This document shows, one piece after another, positions 1 through 9,946 of a stretch of DNA of 64,000 nucleotides. Numbering within the stretch: position 1 is the stretch's first letter; each line of letters opens with the position of its first letter. The stretch covers positions 1 through 64,000 of the forward strand of contig JABIHA010000080.1 of the NCBI GenBank assembly GCA_018649885.1, in the 5' to 3' direction. The notes beneath the pieces were generated by a model that was not told the origin of the DNA, did no database searches, and saw nothing but the letters and a program-made list of their open reading frames with translations. The translations under genes were made by a program, and so were the position numbers. Source of the DNA: Bacteriovoracaceae bacterium (GTDB lineage Bacteria; Bdellovibrionota; Bacteriovoracia; Bacteriovoracales; Bacteriovoracaceae).

Positions 1-385
1 ACCAGATTTGGCTCCGCCTTTTCCAGATCTTCCACCAGACTTAGCTCCGCCTCTTCTTGAACTTCCGCCAGATTTGGCTCCGCCTTTTCCAGATCTTCCA
101 CCAGACTTAGCTCCGCCTCTTCTTGAACTTCCGCCAGACTTAGCTCCACCATTTCCAGCTCTTCCACCAGATTTAGCTCCACCATTTCCAGCTTTTCCAC
201 CAGAGTAAACTCCACCATTTCCAGCTCTTCCACCAGATTTAGCTCCACCTCTTCCAGCTCTTCCACCAGACTTAGCTCCACCTCTTCCAGCTCTTCCACC
301 AGACTTAGCTCCACCTCTTCCAGCTCTTCCACCAGATTTAGCTCCGCCTCTTCCAGCTCTTCCACCAGACTTAACTCCGCCTTTT
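1..385. repeat. 33-bp tandem repeat, about 11 or more copies, coding on the minus strand
   Basis: Unit ttccaccagacttagctccacctcttccagctc with variants; encodes RAGRGGAKSGG-like units. Confidence 0.95.
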
Positions 386-1050
386 CGAGAGCCTTTTCTA
401 TGCCTATCTCTTCCAGTAACTTTTCTGTGACGCTTTCTTCTCATGTCATGATCAGCGTGCCTTCTATGCTCTTTTTTATGACGATAATGACCTCTGTGCT
501 TACGGTGTCCCCATCTACGAAAATGTCTTGGGTACTTCGTGTAGTAAACCGATCCCCAGTAAGAACATCCCATTAAATAATCATCCCAGTAATAATCACT
601 ACCACAACGATTGATATAGATATCAAAATCATAATCTCTTACTAATTTAAGTTTGAGCTCAATTTTTTCAATACGCATTTTACCAGAAAGTTGTAGCAGC
701 CATGGCGTGGCCTCAGTATTCATAGATGGTTTGATTTTGACTTTTTCATAAAAATAACTATTTTCAAGCCAATGATCATCTGTTGAAGACTTCTCATTTG
801 TAAAAAAGATGACGCCATCGCCCTCATTTTTAACATAGATCTTAATTTTTTTAAGATTGTAATTTGCGAGATATTCGATTCCTGATTGAAAACGAATCTC
901 TTCTTTTAAATTAACCCACACTGGGCCTTCGATTAGAGTACTCTCAAAATCGAGCTCAATAGTTTTGGCCTTAGCATCAGCGCTATAACCGCTCATTGCC
1001 ACCGCTACCATGATAATAGCAGCTAGCAACCCCTTCATTTTAATTTTCAC
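1..1050 (-). CDS. Secreted hypothetical protein with His/Arg/Lys-rich segment and Gly/Arg-rich 11-aa repeat tail (3' end runs off the window)
   Basis: Open minus-strand frame from GTG 1050 (or ATG 1038) to the window edge, absent from the ORF track. Reads MKIKMKGLLAAIIMVAVAMSGYSADA (signal peptide-like)...RHFRRWGHRKHRGHYRHKKEHRRH...(RAGRGGAKSGG)n. AAAGGG lies just upstream of the GTG. Confidence 0.85.
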   Translation of the reverse strand, partial: MKIKMKGLLAAIIMVAVAMSGYSADAKAKTIELDFESTLIEGPVWVNLKEEIRFQSGIEYLANYNLKKIKIYVKNEGDGVIFFTNEKSSTDDHWLENSYFYEKVKIKPSMNTEATPWLLQLSGKMRIEKIELKLKLVRDYDFDIYINRCGSDYYWDDYLMGCSYWGSVYYTKYPRHFRRWGHRKHRGHYRHKKEHRRHADHDMRRKRHRKVTGRDRHRKGSRKGGVKSGGRAGRGGAKSGGRAGRGGAKSGGRAGRGGAKSGGRAGRGGAKSGGRAGNGGVYSGGKAGNGGAKSGGRAGNGGAKSGGSSRRGGAKSGGRSGKGGAKSGGSSRRGGAKSGGRSGKGGAKSG

Positions 1051-1376
1051 AAATGACCCTTTGTTAAATTTTCTCACCGTTTAAGTGAATTAAGAAAACA
1101 AGCTATGCCCAATTTCCACATTAATTAAGTAATTATTAACAACCTTTTCTATGACTCAATTCAAAAAATAGTTTTTCAATTAGTTACAAGATGTTCTTAC
1201 TTGTTAACGGTGCCAACTTGGTCCTATTTAAATTAGAAATACTAAGTTACAAGTAGCGCAACAAAAAATTGCCATATTGTTTCTTGAGACATGAAATTTG
1301 TGGTCTTGAAATTTTTGCTAATTTATTGTCCATAGGAGATAATTTTACAAATTAATAATCTGAAAAAGAGTGTTAA

Positions 1377-1760
1377 ATGCCCAGTTCTGAACAAAATAAA
1401 AAATCCGCTCATGAGTTTTATGATCTTATATTTAATAAGTGTAATCCCAGACTCGGAGTGGAAAAATATGTGGGAGATAGGTATATACAGCACAATCCTC
1501 TTGTAGGAGATGGCACAGGTCCACTGATCGAATACTTTGAAAAAATGGCACTCGAATATCCTGGAAAGAAAGTGGAGTTTAAGCGCACCATTGCTGAAGG
1601 AAATTTTGTTGCGCTCCACTGCTATCAAGATTGGCCTGGAGACAAAGAATATGCCGGAATGGATATTTTTCGGTTTGATGATGACGGCAAGATTGTCGAG
1701 CACTGGGATGTTCTTCAAGAAATCCCTAGAGTTTCAAAACATAGTAACGGAATGTTTTAG
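1377..1760 (+). CDS. SnoaL-like / NTF2-fold protein
   Basis: YIQHNP...IAEGNFVALH...DIFRFDDDGKIVEHWDV, typical of SnoaL-like proteins. Confidence 0.85.
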   Translation: MPSSEQNKKSAHEFYDLIFNKCNPRLGVEKYVGDRYIQHNPLVGDGTGPLIEYFEKMALEYPGKKVEFKRTIAEGNFVALHCYQDWPGDKEYAGMDIFRFDDDGKIVEHWDVLQEIPRVSKHSNGMF

Positions 1761-1926
1761 AAAAAATACTGGCTGCAACCTTAAACAACTCAAGTTATTG
1801 AAATTGAGCGTCGCACCTGCGCCATCTCATGACAGTGAACCATTTTATTAAAATTCTCTAAATCCAATTTGTTAAAAATTGACAATTCTTCTTTGTTTGA
1901 GACAATTGGACTATAGGGGAAATTCA

Positions 1927-2613
1927 ATGACAAATCCAAGATGTTTATACATCTCCAAAGATACCACCGCCAATGACGAGGTAGTCAGTTTTTTTTCGCG
2001 GTTTAATATTGATACTGATGGATTAACGTGGAACGCGGCAGAGTTTCTAAATTTTAGAAAACAAAATCTCAATTTTGTTGTATGCCATCTTAATCATTTA
2101 TCGCCTGGGCAAGTACTTAACCTCATATACAAACTTGGACAAACGAGGGGCGTTTTTGCCATATTTCTGGCTGATTCTGACTCCCCTCTGCCGATCCTTC
2201 CCCCCAATAATTTAAAATATGCCATCGTCTACCCTCCCTTCAAAATGGAACGAGTCACCGCCATCATCAATTGGTTTCACATTTCAAACAAGCTAGGCCA
2301 AGTCTACCCTCGTTTTAAGATTGACTCCATTGCCAGACTAGAAGCAGATTGTGGCACCAACTATAACTACCATATCCACAATATCTCCAAGGGTGGAATG
2401 TGCCTTCAAGGTAAGGGAAAAATTGAAAAAGGCGATATCTTGAATTTTCATGTGATCCAGACTCAAAATAACTATCAGGATGTGGAAATTAGTGGAATTG
2501 CTGAGTGCCTTTGGATCGATGGCGCCCAGGATCAATCAGGATTTAAGTTCATAAAAGTGGGAAATAACCTTAATATTGAAAAGCAAATTGGCGTTCATAT
2601 CCAGGCTACATAG
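1927..2613 (+). CDS. PilZ-domain protein with degenerate receiver-like N-terminus
   Basis: C-terminal PRF...NISKGG PilZ motifs; ATG 1927 follows an AGGGGA RBS. Confidence 0.7.
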   Translation: MTNPRCLYISKDTTANDEVVSFFSRFNIDTDGLTWNAAEFLNFRKQNLNFVVCHLNHLSPGQVLNLIYKLGQTRGVFAIFLADSDSPLPILPPNNLKYAIVYPPFKMERVTAIINWFHISNKLGQVYPRFKIDSIARLEADCGTNYNYHIHNISKGGMCLQGKGKIEKGDILNFHVIQTQNNYQDVEISGIAECLWIDGAQDQSGFKFIKVGNNLNIEKQIGVHIQAT

Positions 2614-2667
2614 CAATAGACGAAGTCCCAGCAGCTTGTTAAAATATGCCTCATAGAGGACCATAAA

Positions 2668-3426
2668 ATGCTGATCGTAATATCTCCCGCAAAGAAACTA
2701 GACTTTGAAAATCTCGCCCCCACAACCGAGTTTAGCCAACCCCTATTTCTAAAAAAATCACAGCTACTGATCAATGAGCTTAAAAAATGTAAATCCTCTG
2801 AAATTTCAAAGCTAATGGGACTCAGTCAAAGTCTAACTGATCTCAATGTGGAAAGGTACAAAAGCTTTAAAACCCCATTTAACTTAAAAAATGCTAAGCA
2901 GGCGATGTATGCTTTTCGCGGTGACACTTATGTAGGGCTCGACGCTGATACTATGAAAAAGGCCCAAATAAATTACGCTCAAAAACATCTTCGGATCCTC
3001 TCAGGACTTTACGGCATAATCTCACCACTTGATTTGATTCAACCCTACAGATTAGAAATGGGGACCAAATTTCCCTGCCAGGGAAAGAAAAACCTCCATC
3101 AATACTGGATTGATTCTGTCACTGAACAAGTGAACCAATTGCTTTTAAAAGAAAAAATTTTAGTGAACCTCGCCAGTAAAGAATATTTTGGTGCCATTGA
3201 TCTTAAAACCCTTAAAGGAGAAGTGATCACTCCTGTCTTTAAAGAAAAGAAAAACGGTGAAGTAAAGATCGTCAGCTTTTTCGCAAAGAAGGCCCGTGGT
3301 ATGATGTCTCGCTATATCATCGACCACAAAATCTCAAACCCTGAAGGTCTAATCAAATTTGATACCGATGGTTACAAGTACAATAAAAAACTCTCCACTG
3401 TAGCTGAGCCAGTTTTCGTACGTTGA
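2668..3426 (+). CDS. yaaA: Peroxide stress protein YaaA (UPF0246)
   Basis: MLIVISPAKKLD, LRILSGLYG, PYRLEMGT, VNLASKEY, AKKARG motifs. Confidence 0.95.
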   Translation: MLIVISPAKKLDFENLAPTTEFSQPLFLKKSQLLINELKKCKSSEISKLMGLSQSLTDLNVERYKSFKTPFNLKNAKQAMYAFRGDTYVGLDADTMKKAQINYAQKHLRILSGLYGIISPLDLIQPYRLEMGTKFPCQGKKNLHQYWIDSVTEQVNQLLLKEKILVNLASKEYFGAIDLKTLKGEVITPVFKEKKNGEVKIVSFFAKKARGMMSRYIIDHKISNPEGLIKFDTDGYKYNKKLSTVAEPVFVR

Positions 3427-3559
3427 TCGACCCTATCAAGTAATTATTACTCTTTTTTAAAAATGGGCAGATTTTTAAAGGATCTATTGAATCATCTACA
3501 GATTTGTCCATAGCTTTCCGTTTTCTTGATACCATCCCTACAAGCAAATGGAGGCACAT

Positions 3560-4132
3560 ATGAAGATTTTCGCTATATTTTTAGTTAGTATACTTGCGCT
3601 TAATAGCTGGGCAGGTGGAGATGAACCTGAATGGGAATCAAGCAGGTGTAAACACCCACAAAAAATGAAGTATAACAATTTAGGTGATGATTTTGAATCG
3701 GCTGGAATGTATTTGGCAGCTCCAGGAGCATTTGGCCTAACTTGGGTAGCAATGGCAGGAGCACTGCTTGCCTATAGTAATAGCGACCCCTTTATTGATT
3801 TTAGCCGGTCTGACAATAGGGTTATAGTAGGTGCAATTGCTACTTCCGCTGTTCTTTCTGCAAGCGCTTTTGGAATTGGCGCCATCATAAAAAAAAGGGC
3901 CGACAGGGGACTTTTATTTCTGGCCAGTTTGAAAATGAATATTGATTATCAGCGAGCTGGATGGCCTAGAGGTTTTAGAAGCCTTTATACTAAATATGGA
4001 AGTGGACATACGCAGGCCCAGTTTGCAAAAAAAATTCTTATTCTCAATGAAGATATATGTGTTCCTCGCTACAAAGACATCAAGCAAGGTATCCAAAATG
4101 TAAATTTTCATGCAATCAAAATTGAGTCATAG
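3560..4132 (+). CDS. Hypothetical exported/membrane protein
   Basis: GGAGG RBS, signal peptide MKIFAIFLVSILALNSWA, two hydrophobic segments. Confidence 0.7.
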   Translation: MKIFAIFLVSILALNSWAGGDEPEWESSRCKHPQKMKYNNLGDDFESAGMYLAAPGAFGLTWVAMAGALLAYSNSDPFIDFSRSDNRVIVGAIATSAVLSASAFGIGAIIKKRADRGLLFLASLKMNIDYQRAGWPRGFRSLYTKYGSGHTQAQFAKKILILNEDICVPRYKDIKQGIQNVNFHAIKIES

Positions 4133-4136
4133 TGAG

Positions 4137-4508
4137 CTAATATTTCGCATGTTGAAGTTTAAGGACATTTCCATCAAGGTCTTCGAAAATCAGCATGTGA
4201 CCCCAGCTCGCATCCATTTCGCCTAGAATTTTAATGCCAGCTTTTTCAAGGATTTTTCTATCTCCGGGTAGATCATTACTTGAAAGTGTAAGAGTTCCCC
4301 CGCAAAATGCGCCGTGGAAATCTCTAGGAAATGTTGGAATATCTGCTCCCTCACTCCAGTGAAGGCCAACCATAACTCCTTCACAGTCCAAACTGGTCCA
4401 GTGCTCAGTCTCATGACTCACTTTCATATTTAAGACTTCAGTGTAAAATTTCACGGCCCGTTTCATATATTTAACGTTGTAATAAAAATCGTGAACTCCA
4501 CTGATCAT
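4137..4508 (-). CDS. VOC / glyoxalase family protein
   Basis: RAVKFYTEVL...WGHMLIFEDLDGNVL; start at ATG 4508 after AAGGAG. Confidence 0.85.
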   Translation of the reverse strand: MISGVHDFYYNVKYMKRAVKFYTEVLNMKVSHETEHWTSLDCEGVMVGLHWSEGADIPTFPRDFHGAFCGGTLTLSSNDLPGDRKILEKAGIKILGEMDASWGHMLIFEDLDGNVLKLQHAKY

Positions 4509-4521
4509 AATTGACTCCTTT

Positions 4522-5076
4522 TCACCTAACACCTGCTGGCAGAAACCAACCAAACTCAAGCCGAATCTCTCCATCAGCGGCGTCATCATTACTGTAATGA
4601 GAACTATCGTGCCCTATAAGTTGAAAACCGTGTTTAAGATAAAAGTTAATAGCAGGAATATTACAGCTTTGGGTTTCAAGTACTATCATTCTAGCGCCAA
4701 AGTCCAACGCCTCCTTCTTGGCATGATTCATCATTTGGGTACCAATTTGTTTCCCTCTAAACTCAGGGTGAACCAGGATATCCCAAATTCTCATTCTATT
4801 ATTCCAACTCTCAAGACCTACCTGAAGGAAACCGGCTTCACGACCATCACAGCTGTATTTAAATGTCTTGATATTCTCAGCGAAGGGCTTAAAAAGCTCG
4901 CTGGAAGATGATTTTAAAATAGAACCTTGAAGCTCAACATATTTGAGCTCAATGTGCCAGCACTGGTCTTTTTGAGTTTGTGAGTATTGATAGTGACCTT
5001 CAGTTTGATAATCATACTTAAGCACAATCCCTTTGGTCCGTGATGGAGTTAACTGAGATAGATTGATATCACTCAT
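4522..5076 (-). CDS. GNAT family N-acetyltransferase
   Basis: ILVHPEFRGKQIG motif A; LETQSCNIPAINFYLKHGF. Confidence 0.9.
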   Translation of the reverse strand: MSDINLSQLTPSRTKGIVLKYDYQTEGHYQYSQTQKDQCWHIELKYVELQGSILKSSSSELFKPFAENIKTFKYSCDGREAGFLQVGLESWNNRMRIWDILVHPEFRGKQIGTQMMNHAKKEALDFGARMIVLETQSCNIPAINFYLKHGFQLIGHDSSHYSNDDAADGEIRLEFGWFLPAGVR

Positions 5077-5103
5077 TTGTGTCCTCTCCCCTATTAATGA
5101 ATT

Positions 5104-5529
5104 TTATAAACTTCTAAGAGCCCAATACAAGCGTTCAACATCAACCCTAGGCACAGTTACAAGAGGCTTTCTCTTGGCGGCCCGTTGATTGCCTGTTCTA
5201 TAGCTCTTGGAGGTATATCTATCTACTGATCCTGAAGCGTAACTGCCATACCAATCATAATAGGCATTACTTTCACTGGCCTTTTTTGCAAATTGTCTTG
5301 ATGCTTCAAAACATTTTTGATTACTATCAACACCTTCAAGGTGACTTAGCTCAAAATTTGAGTCTGGCCAAAATCTCTTATCTAATCTCTTTCTTACCGA
5401 GCAAAGAATAGGGCTGCTTTCAGTAGCTTTGTACTCAGTAACTGACATGCGATGCTCAAGAGACTCATCCGTCCAGTAACCAAAGGCGCTTGAGGTTATC
5501 ATCAGCATAAAAAATGCAAACTTAGTCAT
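5104..5529 (-). CDS. Hypothetical secreted protein
   Basis: Signal peptide MTKFAFFMLMITSSAFG after a GGAG RBS. Confidence 0.7.
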   Translation of the reverse strand: MTKFAFFMLMITSSAFGYWTDESLEHRMSVTEYKATESSPILCSVRKRLDKRFWPDSNFELSHLEGVDSNQKCFEASRQFAKKASESNAYYDWYGSYASGSVDRYTSKSYRTGNQRAAKRKPLVTVPRVDVERLYWALRSL

Positions 5530-5687
5530 ATTTCTCTCCAATTATTTAAAGGCCAAGATAATTCAGAAGTTAAGACTTTGACCAATTGCATTGTAATATT
5601 TGCATATACAGAAGGTATATAAATTGTTCAAAAAATCACATCTAAGTTAATGATATGCTAATGTTCATCACATCTGTCGGAGGAATC

Positions 5688-6638
5688 ATGAACACACGCC
5701 TAACTACGAAAATATTCGTTTTCATTGCCATTTTTAATATTACAGCTGTCTTTGCTGGCACTGGAAAACAAAGAGTGGTTTTGATTAGTGTGGATGGACT
5801 CTCAGCCGTTACTGCCCAAAATGCCCTTACTGCAACACTGTCTGAAGCCGAGGAAAATGGAAGATATATAATTAATGCAAAAACTGTTCTCCCCGCGAGA
5901 ACAATTCCTGCTCACACCTCGATGCTTACAGGGCTAAAACCAGCTGTTCATCAAATGATTGATAACTCTGCCCATGGGGAATCAGAGATTCAAGATACAA
6001 CAATCTTTGACTACCTCAATGCCGCAGGAAAATACACGGCCGCTGTTGTAGCGAAACAAAAGCTTAAAAATATACTTTCAATTGATGGACCTGAAACAAT
6101 TGATAAGCTTTACTACCCTGAAAAAGTTCAACCATTAAGTTTGGGCATGAGCGTTTTTAGCTATGATCACCAAAGAAAAATAATTCCTAGAGCTCTAGAA
6201 ATTATTGAAGAAAATCAATTTGATTTTCTCTTTGTCCACTTTGCAGATGTTGATTGGAAAGGACATCAGTTTAATTTTGCAGCCAGGTGGAATCAAAGAG
6301 TACAAACAAAGACCGTTCGAAAAATTGATAAAAAGATTAGCGCTATCATTGCGAAGTTAAAAGAAACCGATCCAGAGCTAGAAAGAACTACTATTGTTGT
6401 GACTTCTGATCACGGTGGCCATGGACTTGATCATGGAGTTGAAGACACTGAAGGACAAAAAGTCGATTGGGAGGCAAACTTTCAAAGCTTAACCTACGAT
6501 ATGTTTATGCCCATAGACTACACCATCCCTTGGATCTCCATTGGAAATAAGTCGCGAACTCTCTCCATATATGGCCAAAGTGAAGTTTTCGTAGACGATA
6601 CATACCGAATGATTCAAGAAATTTTCACACAAAAATAG
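5688..6638 (+). CDS. Secreted alkaline-phosphatase-superfamily protein (nucleotide pyrophosphatase/phosphodiesterase type)
   Basis: LISVDG, RTIPAH (Thr nucleophile), DWKGH, VTSDHG; signal peptide. Confidence 0.85.
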   Translation: MNTRLTTKIFVFIAIFNITAVFAGTGKQRVVLISVDGLSAVTAQNALTATLSEAEENGRYIINAKTVLPARTIPAHTSMLTGLKPAVHQMIDNSAHGESEIQDTTIFDYLNAAGKYTAAVVAKQKLKNILSIDGPETIDKLYYPEKVQPLSLGMSVFSYDHQRKIIPRALEIIEENQFDFLFVHFADVDWKGHQFNFAARWNQRVQTKTVRKIDKKISAIIAKLKETDPELERTTIVVTSDHGGHGLDHGVEDTEGQKVDWEANFQSLTYDMFMPIDYTIPWISIGNKSRTLSIYGQSEVFVDDTYRMIQEIFTQK

Positions 6639-6725
6639 CCCGAGCGCTGCATAACTTCTGTATAAGAGTACCAAATCTTAAATAAATGTTTTAAAAAGCC
6701 TCCTGATACCTTTTGAGGAAATTAA

Positions 6726-7667
6726 GTGGAAGATCGCCATCAACTCATACTCGCGCCTATTAGAGGGATTACGGACTCGATTTATAGGAATGCCATCGCT
6801 AGAAGCTTTGGTGGCATTGACTATGCAATGGCCCCTTACCTGGTCACCAAAAATACAGGAGAGATAAATGCGCGCCAGTTTAATGACTTAAATCCGGCCG
6901 TAAATGATCTCCGGGTTATTGGCCAAATTCTTACTAAGGACGCTGATCAATTTCTGTTATTAGCAAACGACATGGTAGGAATTGGGGTTAAAGAGGTCAA
7001 TCTCAATATGGGCTGTCCCTACCCGATGGTGGCAGATAGAACTAAGGGTTCAGGCCTACTGCCACACCCAGAAAGGGTTCGTCCGCTTTTAGAAAAAATT
7101 GTCAAAAACTGTCCTTGTCACTTTTCTGTAAAACTACGGCTGGGAAGAGATGATCAAAACGAAGTTTTAGAGATACTTCCTATCCTCAAAGATTTGGGAA
7201 TAGATGATGTCACTATCCACCCCAGGCTCGGAAGGCAGATATACAAAGGGGTAGTTAATCTAGATGGCTTCGAGGCATGCCTAGAGCATCTCACAACTCC
7301 TCCCACCTACAATGGTGACATTCACACTGCTCAGGACTTAATAGACTTAAAACGAAAATTTCCGACTATCACTAAGTGGATGATTGGAAGAGGCTGTCTA
7401 AAAAACCCTGCACTATTTTCTATTCTAAAGGGCACTAGCTATGGTGCAGACGAATACAAGCAGAAATTAGAGGAAATGCACAAAGAGCTCTGCGTTGGTT
7501 ACCTGGCCCAGGAAAATGCCAAGTCAACTTTTCTTGGTAAGATGAGGGGTCATTGGCCCTACCTAGCTGCTAGCTTTGAAAATGAGGCGAAAATTTTAAA
7601 AAAAATTAAAAAAGCGAGAAGTATTGATCACTACTTTGATGCAACCCAGTGGATCTTCAATCAATAA
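6726..7667 (+). CDS. tRNA-dihydrouridine synthase family protein
   Basis: LAPIRG, NLNMGCP, GSGLL, SVKLRLG, IHPR, NGDI, MIGRG. Confidence 0.9.
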   Translation: MEDRHQLILAPIRGITDSIYRNAIARSFGGIDYAMAPYLVTKNTGEINARQFNDLNPAVNDLRVIGQILTKDADQFLLLANDMVGIGVKEVNLNMGCPYPMVADRTKGSGLLPHPERVRPLLEKIVKNCPCHFSVKLRLGRDDQNEVLEILPILKDLGIDDVTIHPRLGRQIYKGVVNLDGFEACLEHLTTPPTYNGDIHTAQDLIDLKRKFPTITKWMIGRGCLKNPALFSILKGTSYGADEYKQKLEEMHKELCVGYLAQENAKSTFLGKMRGHWPYLAASFENEAKILKKIKKARSIDHYFDATQWIFNQ

Positions 7668-7684
7668 AATCAAAATTGGCAGTA

Positions 7685-8458
7685 TTATTTTTTTGTGAAA
7701 TTGATTTTGATAAGGGAAGTGATGATGCGGGTATAGTCTTCGCCTAATTTATTCGCATTAGGGTCACGGCTTAAGTCTAGCTCTAGTTCAACCCCTCCGT
7801 CGTTTCGAAAAAATTCTCTTAATACACCTTTTTGTTCTACCGGCTCATTGTAGTATGGATCGTAGAGGGTTACCTTTTTGCCAAACTTGCTAACTAGAAC
7901 CCAATGTTGTCCATCCCAGCTATTGTCATTTTTGTTGAAATATCCAAATTTCATCAACGCCAACTCATGACCATTCAAGCTTGCAATCTTCGCATCAAAT
8001 AGCTCAGCAACAGTTTCATAAAGGGAGGTATTCCAGCTAAATTTTTCTTCATCAAAAGTGGCCTTCAGTGTTCGATCAAGAATTTTCTTTAGATCAATAC
8101 CTCTGGTTCCCTCTAAAATTTCGATTCGGTAGGCAAAACTTAATACCTCTCTGACAGAAGTGGTAGTAGCGGGACGATCTAGCATGTAACGATTGGAAAT
8201 GGTCGTCACAGCATTGGCAATGGACGTTGGCCCACAGAGATTATTGGTTCCATTATACATGGTTAAACTTTGCTCCATAAGAAGTACATCATCAAGCTGA
8301 CCCACCATATAATCATGGTGAGGCATTTGCCTGGCAATCCTTGCAAATGAATCACGCTCTTGCCAGATCTCTTTCGACAGCTGATCAGAACCAGCTGCTA
8401 AAAGATTCGTGATGCTAGAAAAAATAAAAAGAAGTGAAATGATACAATGCTTCGACAA
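7685..8458 (-). CDS. Secreted C39-like (papain-fold) cysteine peptidase
   Basis: Signal peptide; NLCGPTS (Cys), QHWVLV (His), YDP (Asp). Confidence 0.65.
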   Translation of the reverse strand: MSKHCIISLLFIFSSITNLLAAGSDQLSKEIWQERDSFARIARQMPHHDYMVGQLDDVLLMEQSLTMYNGTNNLCGPTSIANAVTTISNRYMLDRPATTTSVREVLSFAYRIEILEGTRGIDLKKILDRTLKATFDEEKFSWNTSLYETVAELFDAKIASLNGHELALMKFGYFNKNDNSWDGQHWVLVSKFGKKVTLYDPYYNEPVEQKGVLREFFRNDGGVELELDLSRDPNANKLGEDYTRIITSLIKINFTKK

Positions 8459-8657
8459 GGTGACCGCCTATGGTGTGCTTTGTTTTCTGCATTCTATCAA
8501 ATGGTAATTACCGTAGGGAATTATGAGGTTTCAGTGTAAAACTTACCAGAGTGTTTAGAAAACCAATGGTTGTAAACGCTTGAATCAAAAAGGTTTATGT
8601 AATTAAAATTTAACGCCAAATTATTAGCTGTTAAAACTGGGGGGGGATGAGGTTGAG

Positions 8658-8860
8658 TTGTTCACGGCGCTGGATCGTTTGGTGAGTTTATGGGGATTGG
8701 AGAGCGCCTTTTATCAAGGCGTCGGTTTTTAAGCGGCGTGGTTTTGTATTGACCAGCTCACTCTAGCTAGGTTTAGTTTTTGTGGTAGTTGCTGGTATGG
8801 AAAAGGGGAAGATTATGAGTCGGTGGGTGGTTGGAATTTTGTGATTTTGTTGTTGATTTC
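8658..8860. repeat. Left arm of long imperfect inverted repeat flanking the HNH gene
   Basis: 8658-8684 (ttgttcacggcgctggatcgtttggtg) is the exact reverse complement of 10132-10158; similarity continues about 200 bp inward. Confidence 0.92.
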
Positions 8861-9001
8861 AAGGAGGGACATTTTGACTACCAAAAGCTCGAAAGCGTTT
8901 CTAGGAACCCACTTACAGGATTGCCAGAAGAGAATGATTTTGATTTTTTGATTTAATAAAAGTGAGCAGAATGGTATGTTATCTCTAATTGGGAGGTAGT
9001 A

Positions 9002-9871
9002 TTGTCACTACAAAATTTATCAGATTCAAGGTTACTAGCAGATACTAAAATGTGGAATGAAAAAGAAGATTACTGCACCAGGCAGTTTCTTAGGCACATT
9101 AATGAAGTGAATAGGAGGAGGCTTTTTTGTGATGATAAGACAAGCTCGCTCTTTAAATATATCCGTAAGAATTTTAATAAAAGTGATAGTGAGACCAGTC
9201 GAAGAATACTTGCGGCAAAAACACTTAGGCATGTTCCTTGCGCTGACAAGGCACTGGCAAATAAACAAGTGACTCTGACTAACCTTGCTGAGGTCTCAGG
9301 GGTGGTGGCAAATATAAAAAGTCGTAAGAAGAAAAATGAGATTCTTGAGAGTATTAAGGGTAGAACTCAAATTCAGGCAAGAGAGCTGGTGGATCAACTG
9401 ACGGGAAAAACGCGTGCCACAAGACCCCAGACTCGCGAACACTCGGATGGAAGCCTTAGGATTCATCTAAGTCTTGTGGGGGAGAGCGCAAGAGATTATC
9501 AGTTCGTTAAAGAGCAGCTTTCAAATAAGGGACTCTATAAGTCAGAAGATATTATCGCCCACTTCATAAGCATGACAGCTGAGTCCATGAGAAAAAAGAT
9601 TGCAGGTATTGGTTCCAGAAAATCTAAAGTGATCACAAACTCCAGGACCATCTCAGCTGCTATCAAAAAAGCTGTGATGACAAGGTCAGTCAATAAGTGT
9701 GAAAACTGTGGATCAAGATACAACCTACATTTTGATCATATTATTCCCCACAGTATTTCAAAATCATCGGCGATTACCAATGTGCGCCAATTGTGTTCAA
9801 ATTGTAATAGCAGAGCTGCCATCAAGTTGCTAACTCAGCAGAAGATGGATTTATACATCAATAAGAGCTAG
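9002..9871 (+). CDS. HNH endonuclease with DUF222-like N-terminal region
   Basis: C-terminal CENC...DHIIP...N...LCSNCN; N-terminal LSDSRLL...EVNRRRLF...SSLFKY...RRILAA pattern; GGGAGG RBS before a TTG start. Confidence 0.88.
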   Translation: MSLQNLSDSRLLADTKMWNEKEDYCTRQFLRHINEVNRRRLFCDDKTSSLFKYIRKNFNKSDSETSRRILAAKTLRHVPCADKALANKQVTLTNLAEVSGVVANIKSRKKKNEILESIKGRTQIQARELVDQLTGKTRATRPQTREHSDGSLRIHLSLVGESARDYQFVKEQLSNKGLYKSEDIIAHFISMTAESMRKKIAGIGSRKSKVITNSRTISAAIKKAVMTRSVNKCENCGSRYNLHFDHIIPHSISKSSAITNVRQLCSNCNSRAAIKLLTQQKMDLYINKS

Positions 9872-9946
9872 AAAAAAGTAATAGGCACCTCAATTTTATC
9901 TTCTGCCTGCTGACAGTGATCAAGCTGCGCCCAAATTTTGTTCCAC

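Noticed and set aside
8..208. Pro-rich plus-strand ORF
   Set aside because: Antisense shadow of the 33-bp repeat in the minus-strand gene, which has a signal peptide and RBS.
1..385. 33-bp repeats as a CRISPR array
   Set aside because: Contiguous in-frame coding repeats with no unique spacers.
9002..9871. IscB, Cas9-like protein or IS transposase
   Set aside because: No RuvC, DDE or HUH motifs seen; only a C-terminal Zn-binding HNH.
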